Origin: Amoebidium appalachense
Lineage: Eukaryota; Protista; Ichthyosporea
Assembly: GCA_963693365.1 (NCBI GenBank)
Contig: CAVNZM010000009.1
Span: 5,710,245-5,774,244, forward strand
DNA: 64,000 nt
Reading direction: 5' to 3'
The notes beneath the pieces were generated by a model. It ran no database searches. It saw only the letters and a list, made by a program, of their open reading frames with translations, and had not been told where the DNA came from. Position numbers and translations under genes: made by a program. Position 1 is the stretch's first letter. Every line of letters begins with the position of its first letter. This document shows, piece by piece, positions 15,296 through 26,400 of this stretch.

Positions 15296-15775
15296 TCCCC
15301 CCTCCTCCCCCTCCTGTCACATACACACACACACGCACCACACACCCTAAGGCGTGAAGCTTATCCCCCCTGCCCCCCCCCCCCCCCCCCCCCCCCCCTC
15401 CTCCTCCTGCTCACATCCGTTTCTCACTCACATCGATTTAATTTAGTAAATGCCGTATCAGACGTGTCCGACGGTCAGTGAAGTGCCGTCTCTCCCGGCT
15501 ACCCCCCCCCCCCCCCCCCCCCGGGGGCCCTCCCCACCCCCACCCCCGCCCCCCATGAGGATCCGATGGGCTCATAGTCTACTTGTATGATGATTTGCCA
15601 TACGCGTTTCCATCAACATTGGTGTGCACTATGCAAACTGTTACAACCTGTGTTGTGAGTATTGTCGTCCATTGTCCAACAGTTATGTACTGTGTGCTTG
15701 AGGCTGTAACGCATTGCCATGCGCATGCAAACAGGCTGTTACAGTAGGAGGCTCCCTCTTTACACCCTCAGGGCC

Positions 15776-15806
<31 letters not shown>

Positions 15807-16284
15807 CCCCCCCCCCCCCCCCTCTCTCCCCCAGAGTCTCTCTTTTCCTCTTCCGTTCCTCATTGACAAGTCGTTACCATTCCTTCCCTACGGTTACTAT
15901 GTACTTCCGGCGTGCGACTACATTCTATGGGTGCTTCTGCACCTGTTCTTTTCCCGGGGCAAGTTGTGTCTTGGCACCACGGCTTTACTAAAGTAAATAT
16001 TTTGGTGCTCTATAGGAGGCAGCATTGGCATTCCATAATGGCTTGTGCATGAGCCCCGCCTCTTCTGCTATTCGCTACTTCGACGGTCCCTTTCTTGACA
16101 ATACTGCCTCCCCACCCCCCACTCCCCACCCCCACCCCCCCCGTGGCACCCACACGCCCCACCCCACCCCAGCCCCCTCAGGCTCCGGCCCCATCCCGAG
16201 CCCCGTGCACCTGGCAGCTTCTTTTCGTTCTTGTGCACCAGTGCTCTCCTAATGAAGTTTTTAAAGAAAAATTCTCTTTACCTC

Positions 16285-16315
<31 letters not shown>

Positions 16316-16330
16316 ACGCACGCATACCCA

Positions 16331-19300
16331 TTATTTTTTATTTATTATTATCACGTTTTGTTCCCGGAGGGCCTTTTCAGGCCCTCTAGGGAAACTACCG
16401 TCTACCACACAGCACCGACAGTACACTAGTTGCTATCTATGAGTTCAGCTAAGCTAACCCATCCTTCACAACCTAACTATAAGTACACACTTTGCCCAGG
16501 GCTACTACCCCAGCCACGCCGGCAGGAGGCTCCGGTCCTCCCCTCCATTCAAAACCTAGCAATAAACGTTAACCGAGGGCTCTCATTGGTCGATCTACAG
16601 TATTGGGAAGTCCAAGTGTTGTGTATAGTATTTACGGTGGGTATGGGTGGATGATGGGGTGTGGTGGTGGTGGGGGGGGGGGGGGTTGCTGCCTAACATT
16701 ATGTGTTGTTGTACGTATGTTGTGGCGATGTTTTTGTGAACTAAAAGGTGAATTTTACAGGGCACACTGGGTCTGTGTGTGTTCCGGCAGTCAGGACAGG
16801 CTGGCCGGGTGTGTGTGGGGGTTGTATTTGTGGGTGTCTTGGGTTTTTGGGGAGCCATACTTTTCTTTCTACGGGTGGTGGGTATATGGTGGTGTTTTTG
16901 CATTTTGGGGTGGGTGGGAGGGAGTGTTGTGTTCCGTGGGTGCCAAATTTTTGAAAAGAAAAAGGACTGCAACTCTACTGTGATTTTTCCTAAGATGGCC
17001 CGGGTGGTGGTCTTTGTGGTGCCGGTGGCTGCAAGTAGTGGGCCCACCGATCGTGGGCAGAATCCCCGTTCGACCCACGTGATGTCTTCGGGGTCTGATG
17101 GGTCACCGTTGCCTCCTATCCAGTTTATCCATGCACATTGGTCTACCACCGTGACTGCCGTATGGTGGTGCTGCGCCGTGGGGGTGTTTGGATGACGAGT
17201 GTGCAGGACGTTGTGGATGCAGGCTGTGATGGCCGTGGTCAGTGTGGGGACCTCCCCGGCATGGGCCAGGCAGGCCCAGAGGTGGGTGGTGGTCTTAGGG
17301 TGCTGGCTGCACCGGGGGCATGTGGGCTGTGTAATGACGGTGGGGTGATCTCGGTGTAGCCGTGTCATGGTAGGCAGGGTGCCCATAGCCAGGGACAAGC
17401 TACGAATGTTGCCTCTGACGGCCCCGATGGTTGCCTGTGCGGGCCTCTTGTTGAGCTTGAGGGGGTTCCGTTCGGCTGGGAGCAGTCTGGGGTCGGCTAG
17501 TATGGACATAGCCTTGGTCTAGATCTTGCCGGCCATGTCGGTGAGGACGTCCTTGTTCAACCGGTTCAGTGTACCGGGAATGTTGCCGGGGATACGGTGG
17601 CCTTGTAGTCGTAGGAAGTGTTTCCCCCCCCCTGGGGCCGGAGGTAGGGGGGGTGGAGGGGGAGGGCTCTTCCTGTATTGGCTGCCTTGTCTGCCTCGTT
17701 ATTCCGTTGACCGTACCGTTTGGTGTTGGATTGGTGCCCCTTCACCCACGATACCTGTACAGAGCCTGGTTGCCGTAGGGAGAGTTGGTCTCGTACGTGA
17801 GCCCATTCCACTATGTGGGGGAACTTTAGCTTACGTCGAGGGGGTGTGGTGGGGTCCATGTTTGCCCCCCATCGGTCGACTACTCCGAGGTTATCAAGCC
17901 TGATGTGTATGGGGGTGGTGGTGGGGGTGAGCAGGAGGGCTAGTAGTACCCCTGTGAGTTCGGCTTGGGTGGATGATAGGGCCGTATGGAGCCTGGTCTT
18001 GGCCGTCACTGGTGGTGCTTTCCGGTCCAGGGTGTCCAGCACAGCCCCGGCTCCGGCCTGGGCTATCCTCCTGCCCGGGTGAATGAGGCTGCCGTCCGTA
18101 TAAACGGTGATCGGTTGGCTGGGGGAAGCAGGGTGATTTGCTGCTGCCACTCGTCGTAGGTGGCCTGGGGCACCAAGTCGGTGTAGGTGAGCCTACGGGG
18201 AGTGGGTGGGCTCGGCAGGTCAGCCGGGTGGGCCGTGCACTTGTGTCCTGGTGGTGACCCTACCGGTGGTGGCTGCTGGGGGGGGGGGGGGGGGGGGGGG
18301 GGCGGGGAGGTTCCCCGACAAGGGTGTGGCCTCCTCGTTGGCTTGCAGGTGGAGCATCTGGGGTGATGCCTGTTGGTGGGGGGGAAGATGCCGCCGAAAA
18401 TGGTGTATCTTCCTCCACTGCTCGGCCGGATCGTAGCCATCCTTCAGTGCGATGACTTGGTAGATGTCGATGCTGTCGGTGTTGATGAAGTCCTTGTGCT
18501 ACTTTGGGACTACCGTGTGGGTGGTGATTCGGGTCTTGAAGGCCACGTAGGGGTCTGTCCGTATCACCTCCACAGCACGGGTCCACCCCACACACTGCTT
18601 GTTGTGGGTGTGGTTATCGGCTGGGGGCTCAGGGGGCTCGTATTTGCTGTTGGTGCTGTTGGTGATAGAGTCCTCTGAGTCGTCGGAGTCGTCGCTGGGC
18701 CCCGTCGACTCCGATTCTGGCTCCGTGTCTGACCTTTCCCCCTATCCGTCTGCGTACCCGGGGCTGGGGGAGAGGGTGGCCGGGGTGTAGGCCAGGTTCC
18801 ATGGGGAGTGGCCGTATTTGCAGTCACCAGGGTAAAAGCGGAAATGGGCTGTTCCATGTGGGTCGTTCCACGTGGGTCGGTGCCATCTCGGCCCCTCCTC
18901 CTCTGTGTTGTCCCGTAGATGGGCTATTTTGACCCAAGCCTCCCCGTTGTGGGTGGAGTGGGCCACCACCTGGCTGAGTTCGTATTGCCCGTTCTTGACT
19001 ATTTCCACCACGAATGCACTGACGGGGTGGTTTGCCACGAGGTCATTGGTGTGGTGGGTGTGTGATCTGGGTGCTGGCCGTAGTTGGGCTGCGATGGGGG
19101 TGGCCCCCTTGATGATGGACCTGTACCACTGTGTAGCTCCCGGGTGTAGTAGGTCTGGGGGGTGGGGCAGTTCGGGGAACGCCCGGAACACCCCCGGCCG
19201 TGCCATGGTGTCCTCCACCGTGTAGAGTTGACGGGGGTGTGTGTTGGGGCCCATGTGGGCAGCAAAGGTGTGGTCCGGGAAAGCGGTGTTGATAGGGCAG

Positions 19301-20000
19301 CACGGTGGTTGTTGTTGCTGCTTCCCCTCCTTCTCCTTGGGGGGAGGGGGGTGGGGTGGGGTGGGGGGACTTGTGTTTTTTTTGGGGGGGTTTCCCCAAT
19401 ACTCAGGTGCCGCTCGTGAAGGATCCCCGTGATATGGGCCCAATAGTTGTGGAGCTGCTTTCCCCCTAGCATGTAAAGTTTGGCTGGGGGTGCTTGCAGG
19501 GGAGGGTAGGGTAGGCCTGTCACGTGTTGCTGCTGCCAGGCTCGGTACCGGACCACGTCCCCTGCTAGTCCTGGTGTTTCCAGCAGGGCACACAGCTCCG
19601 TAACCATGTTGCTGGCTGCTGATTCGACGATGCTGGCCAGTCCCCCTAGAGTGGGATGGTGTAGCAGCCCGGACGGGGTGCTCCGGTGGAGACCACACTT
19701 CCGACGGAGGAGGTCTCTCCACTTGCTGTCGATTACCTGCATGTTGTTTGTGCCGGTGTGTGGTGCTGTGTCTGTGGGCGGGTAGGTGGAAAGTGTACCC
19801 CTTGCCGTGCCTTTTGATGGCTGTCAAAACTGGATCGTAGAAAATAATCCGCAGAATGGGGGAGAGGACAGCCCCTTGGGCCAGGCCGTTTTCAACAGGG
19901 AAAGACTCAGTGTGCCCCTGCTCTGTGCACACCGTGGCCGTACGATTGTGCCACATGTGCCGGTGGACGGTGATTAGCTGGGAATCGGTGCCCAGGCGGG
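16331..20000 (-). mobile_element. 5'-truncated, internally deleted non-LTR retrotransposon (LINE) with RNase H and C-terminal zinc knuckle
   Basis: RT motif GLAQGAVLSPIL.IIFYDP; post-RT segment LLHHPTLGGL; RNase H motifs VYTDGS, QAEL, LDNL, WVKGH and NNEADKAA; CPRC-x7-HLWAC. There is an A-rich tail at 16331-16350 and a 15-bp TSD (14/15 identical: 16316-16330 and 20001-20015). The empty site is at ~5573-5590. Frames are broken and no YADD was seen. Confidence 0.9.
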
Positions 20001-20064
20001 ACACACGCATACCCACCCACCCCCAACACCGTGACACACGTACACGCACACGCACAAAGGACGG

Positions 20065-20138
<74 letters not shown>

Positions 20139-20349
20139 ACACCGACGGTCCGTGACACACGTGCACGTGTAGTATATATCTGTATGTGTGTGTGTGTGTG
20201 TGTGGGGGGGGGGGGGGTGTTGCAGGAAAATCACGTGTCCAGGAAATTCGTACTCCCCCTAAACCCCCCGTTCAGGAAAATCACGTAACCCGCCTATATG
20301 TTGGATACGTGATTTTCCTGGAACCCCTCCCCCCCCCCCCCCCGTCCTC

Positions 20350-20480
<131 letters not shown>

Positions 20481-20762
20481 CATGTGCATTTGCCTGCACA
20501 TAGAGAGAAGGGGGGGGGGGGGGGGGGGGGAAACGAAAAGGACTGTGTGCTGAGGATTAATGTAGGGGTGAATGACTTCTATAATCACGCTAGGGGTACC
20601 TCCGCGTTTACGTTCTGGCTGTGACATGGGGAAGGGATAAGGGGAAGGGGGCAGGAGGGGGGGGGGGGGGGAGGGGGGGGAGGGGGGGGGGGGGGGATGG
20701 AACATGATGAGATTACTAACATTAAGGGACCTCTTTGCGGGCTGTACACACACAGACACAGA

Positions 20763-20803
<41 letters not shown>

Positions 20804-21275
20804 CACACACATACACACACACACACACACAAAACAGCCGATATGTACAGCTTGTCAGTGCCGTTCGTGATGGGGAATATTGTCGGGAATTTGACACCTA
20901 TGTCACTGGCGATCACATCTACAGCGTCCAGTGGCCAATACGTCTCACCCTCGCGCAAGGTGCGGAATGTTACATTTGACTGTAACACCGGTCATCTATT
21001 GGAGAGGTGGCTGTCCACTATTATGGCAAAGATTACATTACAGTAATGCCTTATATTTAATTATCAGTGATGGCAAATAAGGAATGTATGTCTATTCGAA
21101 TATTATATTATCGATTGGATCAAGTTTGACTGCAAGCATGCACAATTATTATTTTTTTTCAATTTGAGAATGGATTAAATCGGTTATTTGGGGCAGTGTT
21201 GAATGGTTCGAATTTGATTTCAGAAAAAAAAATAAAAATTTAACACCATAAAGGGGTTTACACACCATAAAAACC

Positions 21276-21440
21276 ATGACGTCACCGTTTCCGCGGAAAC
21301 AGAGTAAATTGATGACGTCATAATTGCGTCACTGTTTCCGCGGAAACAGAGTAGATCGATGACGTCATAAATGCGTCACTGTTTCCGCGGAAACAGAGTA
21401 GATCGTTGACGTCATAATTGCGTCACTGTTTCCGCGGAAA

Positions 21441-21441
<1 letters not shown>
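21276..21441. repeat. 47-bp tandem repeat (~3.5 units) built from palindromes
   Basis: Unit gatgacgtcataattgcgtcactgtttccgcggaaacagagtagatc, containing TGACGTCA and the 18-bp palindrome CTGTTTCCGCGGAAACAG. Confidence 0.92.
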
Positions 21442-21483
<42 letters not shown>

Positions 21484-21941
21484 GGGGGAGGGGTTGTTGT
21501 TAAGTAGAATATCTTTTAACCAATTCATAATGTATGTTTTTCAGGGAGGGTACTGGCGAAACAGCGCTATCCACACGAGTTCTGAGGGCCAATGAGTCGC
21601 TTCAAAGCTCTTTGCCGCCCACACGTCTGACTCAGACGGCCTGGGGCACTTAGGCCGGGATTCTGCGATGGCTGCCTTCAATGCACCGTACTCACTTGTT
21701 ATGGGGAATGTTCGTGCACTGATGGATAAAATAATCCGGAACTGTGCTGCATGCCTGATACGGAAAACCATCCCTGCAAAGCCCCAACCACGGACGGTTG
21801 TTACTGCCGACAGGCCAGGACTAATCGTAAGTTGGATGTGTGGGAAGGTGAAAGCTGGGGTGGGAGGTGTTGGAAGATGGTATCGTTATCCAGTCCGATC
21901 GCACAGATCATGATCGGCTGGTGGCCTGCGAGATCTTAACC

Positions 21942-22014
21942 GATCTCGTAGCTCAGTTGGTAGAGCACTCGACCGGAGATAGAGGGGTCGCGGGTTCAAA
22001 TCCCGTCGGGATCA
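21942..22014 (+). tRNA. tRNA-like gene inside LTR1 (anticodon GGA, atypical; probably a Pol III promoter module)
   Basis: 73-nt cloverleaf: acceptor GATCTCG/CGGGATC, D arm GCTC-AGTTGGTA-GAGC, anticodon arm CTCGA-CCGGAGA-TAGAG, 5-nt variable loop, T arm GCGGG-TTCAAAT-CCCGT. A box, B box and a T5 run immediately downstream are present. Confidence 0.8.
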
Positions 22015-22306
22015 TCTTTTTCTCATCCTCTTCTCGCTGGGGTAAAAGCCAGCACGCCTTTACTGGCGTCATCACAACCATCGGCAGTGGTTAGGTTGTG
22101 ATCTCAAGGCTAGCAAGATCGCTAGTCTCTGCACCAGGACAAAATCCAAAATGGTAGCACGAACAGGGGTTCAGTGGGGACTGAGGGGGCAGTCCACCCT
22201 AACCTGATTCTGCGATTCGTCCTGAGTGGGGATGTTGGAAGATGGTATCGTTATCCAGTCCGATCGCACAGATCATGATCGGCTGGTGGCCTGCGAGATC
22301 TTAACC

Positions 22307-22379
22307 GATCTCGTAGCTCAGTTGGTAGAGCACTCGACCGGAGATAGAGGGGTCGCGGGTTCAAATCCCGTCGGGATCA
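22307..22379 (+). tRNA. tRNA-like gene inside LTR2 (identical copy)
   Basis: Same sequence as 21942-22014, offset by 365 bp. Confidence 0.8.
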
Positions 22380-22515
22380 TCTTTTTCTCATCCTCTTCTC
22401 GCTGGGGTAAAAGCCAGCACGCCTTTACTGGCGTCATCACAACCATCGGCAGTGGTTAGGTTGTGATCTCAAGGCTAGCAAGATCGCTAGTCTCTGCACC
22501 AGGACAAAATCCAAA

Positions 22516-23517
22516 ATGCTGTTCATCAAGAATGCCGGGACCCCAACATTTATTGCCCTTGCTGCCTACGTGGATGACTTCACCGTGACGGCCGCCACTG
22601 ATGCGCTCATCGACGATTTTTTCACCAAGCTGGATGCTCGTTTCTCTGCCAAGGACCTGGGTCGTCCTACCCTGCTCATCGGGCACACTCTTACCTGGCT
22701 GGAGGACGGGTCTCTGCGTCTGGGCCATCGTCAACACATCATCGACTTGGCTGCCCGTTTTCGTCTCACCCACATGTCCGGCACCAAGACCCCCATCGTC
22801 CCGGGCCAGGCCAGTGAAAGCAACAAGACCCCAGCCTACAGCAAGAAGGAGGACTATGCCAGCCTGGTCGGTGCCCTGCTGTGGATTGCGCGTACCACCC
22901 GCCCCGACATTTCCCAGGCTCTGGGAGTCCTTACTCGACACATTCATGCGCCCACCGTCACCCACTGGACTATGGCTACCAGAGTTGTAAGCTACCTGCT
23001 GGCCACCATCGACCTGGGTATTGTCTACCGTCCCGGCCCCCCCAACCTTGTTGGCTACTCCGACTCCGACTACGCCGAGGACCGCGACACCCGGCGCTCC
23101 ACCACGGGCTATGTCTTCTTCATAAACTCCTCCCCTGTGTCCTGGGTGTCTCGGCTCCAGTCCATCACCACCCACAGCTCCACTGAGGCTGAATTTGTGG
23201 CCATGTCTGCTGCTACGAACGAGGCCCTATGGCTCAACTATGTGATGGACGACCTGGGCCTTAATCCTATCAATGAGCCCACCCCGGTGCCCATCCATGG
23301 GGACAATGAGTCTGCCCGGGCCCTGCTGGACACCCTGGGGGTTAAGCCCAAGACCAAGCACATCGACGTCCGCTACTGCTCCGTCAAGGAACATCACCTG
23401 CTGGGCAACATCACTGTGGTCCCGGTGGCTTCTGCTGACAACAAGGCCGACATGTTCACCAAGGCCCTGTCTGCCTCTTTCTTCACCAAGGCCGTGGGGA
23501 TGCTCAACATGTGCTGA
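22516..23517 (+). mobile_element. Ty1/Copia pol 3' fragment (RT C-terminal half plus RNase H), open frame of 333 aa
   Basis: Motifs YVDD, KDLG, YASLVGALLW, TRPDI, GYSDSDYA, RRSTTGYVF, SSTEAEFVA, GDNESA, KTKHIDVRY and ADMFTKAL. Confidence 0.95.
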
Positions 23518-23703
23518 GCACCCGTCATCAACCAACTGCGCCCTCATACTTCAGGGGGGGGGAGAGAGTTGCATCCGACTGTGCAACTACGTGTACCATA
23601 CTAAAATTGAGTAGGGGAATCTTTATTGTCTGTATTTTGTGCACCTGAAGCACTCGAGCTCAGTTGCATTAATTCATACCACAATTATCCAATTGAGTAG
23701 GGG

Positions 23704-24468
23704 TGTTGGAGTACACTGGTACTCCCGGCTAGCAATGTCTGTTAGAGAAAGTTTCTGAGCAATTGAATAACTGTTTCAACACTCACTCGAGTGCATAGAG
23801 CTTTTGTTTACGGTCATATTCATATATGGTAGTTATATGTTTGAGCCAAAACTGTACCAATGACGAGCTTCACTAGCAACGTGCTAATTGTGCTCATTAA
23901 TTAATATTCCCGGTTCAGATGATGTCATGTCTATATTTGCCACAGGATTCTATTCTTAGAGTGGTAGTGTGCTTTATTCCCGGATATTCTCAGAATATTT
24001 TTAGTTGTGTGAAGCAAGATTTACGTTTAACTGCAATTGGTGTGTTAAACACGTTTATTTGTGTGCTTTAGTGCAAGTTAACTAGCCACTCAACGTGCAC
24101 AGTTAACTTTTATATCTTTAACGACTTGTTTTCATTGTGCTCTCTTTTCGGCCATGCTGTACATGGCCCACCACCAGGGTGCACACGAGGCCACCATGAG
24201 GTGGCCAACGACTATATAAAGCAGTGCCTCCCATGTCACAAACATGGGAAGCAGAACGTTTGATTTACACTTTTCTACTGTCGTTTCCAGTGCACAAAAC
24301 ACATAGACTAGTTACCCATCATACACGACACTATGTCTGACAACTTACAGTTGCAGCAACTAGTCCAACTACTGGAGCAGAGGTTGGCCTCACAAGATGC
24401 AATCATTTCTGACTTACAGAAGGAACAACGTGCACTAGAACTAGCTTCTATGAACACAATGTCCAACA
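23704..24468 (+). mobile_element. 765-bp 3' LTR of the Copia element
   Basis: Preceded by the PPT AATTGAGTAGGGG. Termini are TGTTGGA...TCCAACA (perfect 7-bp inverted repeat), TATATAAA is at ~24213, and the LTR is followed by GGAGG, matching 21863-21867. Confidence 0.78.
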
Positions 24469-25082
24469 GGAGGGAGGGGGAAGGGGGGGGGGGGGGGGGG
24501 GGGGGGGGGGTAAAAAGGAAAGGTGGATGTTTGGAGACCGTTTGCCCATTACGATAGACCTTTCGCCTATTAAAAGTTTGATGGAAATGGCACGCTGACA
24601 TTAAATTCGGACCCTGGCAGGTTCTCCTGGATTTCAGTGGGTGTCCAGAAGACCCTCGGCGCATGCTTTTGGGCATTGACCATCACAGCAAGTATGGGTG
24701 GGGGATACCGGTGAAAGCGGAAACCACAGAGGAAGTTATCCGATTACTGGAGCGAATTTTGATGGACACCGATATCATTGAACTGTGGCTCGACAACGGC
24801 GGCAGCTTTGTATCGAACGAGTTCAGGGCATGGTATACGCAGCGGTGCATCACTATCATGAATCTCAAAGCATTCAGTCCCCAGGGGCATGGTGAGATCG
24901 AGCGTCTGCACCGCACTATACGTGGGTTGCTGGAGACCGCGTTGGCTGCTGACCCGTCGCTCGATCAATCCTTTCCGGTTACACAGAACCTGGCAAGCTT
25001 TTTGATCAGGTCATCATCCAATACAATCGGTGGTATCACTCCACACTCCACCGTGTGTGAGTGTGTGAGTGTGTGTGAGTGT

Positions 25083-25150
<68 letters not shown>

Positions 25151-25858
25151 ACATGCTTTATAAATGCTGACTTTTTGAAAACCGAAACGAGTCCAACACA
25201 TGCACTATATCTGTAATGGGAATGCTAATCTGGCCCACGTTCCTGGATGAACGTGTTTCAAATTGAAGACGGGCGACGTGGATCATAAAGTGGTTCCTTG
25301 CACAATGTGTGTTCCGTAAGTCAGTGATGTTGAAAAGTCATAGAGCTTAAACAGTCCCAGTTATCCACGAACTGATTCGTGAACATTCACGATTGGCTCA
25401 CTGCTCTCTTGAAATTGCTATATATATTAATCCATCTGGATATCTGCACTCTTAATGTATGAGTGATTACCGTGGTTTCTATTCAGCCCCCCTCCCCCCC
25501 CCCCCCCCCCCCCTCATACACACAGTTTTGTCACACATATAATAATCACATGATCCACCCCCCTCCCCCCCCTCCACCCGCCCTCCAAACACACACAGAC
25601 AAAAAACAGTGCAGACACAGTTGACGATTCATGAAACATGCTTTGGTGACGGGATGATCGATGGGATCATTGCACGTTTATTGGCCACTCCCTCAACCCA
25701 ATAAGATTTCTTTCCTGGTGCCCAGCACCACATATGTATCGCATATGTTCACTCATACACACACCCCTTCGTGAATAGCTATGGCAATGTGATCGAAAAT
25801 TGATGAAAAAAAAAAAAGTAAGTGAACTCAAACTAATTAATCAACTATCAGCATATCC

Positions 25859-25912
<54 letters not shown>

Positions 25913-26369
25913 GGGGACGGGGGGGGGGGTCCAGGAAAATCACGTATCCAACATATAGGCGGGTTACGTGATTTTCCTGAACGGGGGGTTTAGGGGGAGT
26001 ACGAATTTCCTGGACACGTGATTTTCCTGCAACAGGGGGAGGGCGCGGGGGGGGGGGGGGGGGATACTATGAAGTTTTATAATTACTTTTAATAAATCGT
26101 ACGAGAGCCACGTGCACAGGATATATGACTATGTAGTACTTTTGTTGAATTCGGACACTGCAGATACCAACGGTTAAATTTAGCTCTGAGCACATTTCCA
26201 TTTTATCCTAGCCTCCTGATCATGAGTCATATCATGACTCGTGACAGGCCCGGTAACTCTGAACTCATTCAACCTTCAGCTACTACAATAGAGTCTCTTC
26301 CAAATCTATATATACCACTACTGTACAGTATGCCCCCCCCCCCCCCCCCCCCCCCTCACTCCGCCCCCC

Positions 26370-26400
<31 letters not shown>

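Larger units (their letters stand above)
21868..22516 (+). mobile_element. TRIM with tRNA-containing LTRs (LTR 21868-22151, 81-bp internal region, LTR 22233-22516)
   Basis: Two apparently identical 284-bp direct repeats, TGTTGGA...TCCAAAA. PBS-like TGGTAGCACG at 22152 and PPT-like GAGTGGGGA before LTR2. No coding capacity. Confidence 0.85.
21545..25052 (+). pseudogene. Spliced integrase/transposase of the Ginger-like element (exons 21545-21826 and 24621-~25052)
   Basis: HHCC motif H-TSDSDGLG-H...C-AA-C; donor ATC|GTAAGT at 21827; branch-like GCTGAC and acceptor CAG| at 24620. The phase-0 join reads RPGLI|VLLDFSG...IDHHSKY...LDNGGSF...PQGHGEIERLHRTI, with the D-D-E triad intact. There is one lesion before the HHCC: TGA at 21593 or a frameshift in the A-run at ~21604. 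Confidence 0.8.

Noticed and set aside
21942-22161. Idea that the LTR-borne tRNA is the element's own RT primer
   Set aside because: Its CCA-added 3' end would need the PBS TGGTGATCCC. The actual PBS is TGGTAGCACG, which instead resembles initiator-Met-type PBSs.
22516-22518. ATG at 22516 as a genuine start for a stand-alone RT-RNase H protein
   Set aside because: It is created by the LTR/pol junction and the product would lack the N-terminal RT motifs. Nothing supports translation.
22456-23175. 239-aa antisense ORF
   Set aside because: It is a shadow of the GC3-rich Copia pol frame on the opposite strand and has no motifs.
21668-25088. Interpreting the integrase as part of the Copia element or of a Gypsy provirus
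   Set aside because: Its core lies outside the GGAGG TSD and downstream of LTR-B, it is intron-split, and it is enclosed by TIRs rather than LTRs.
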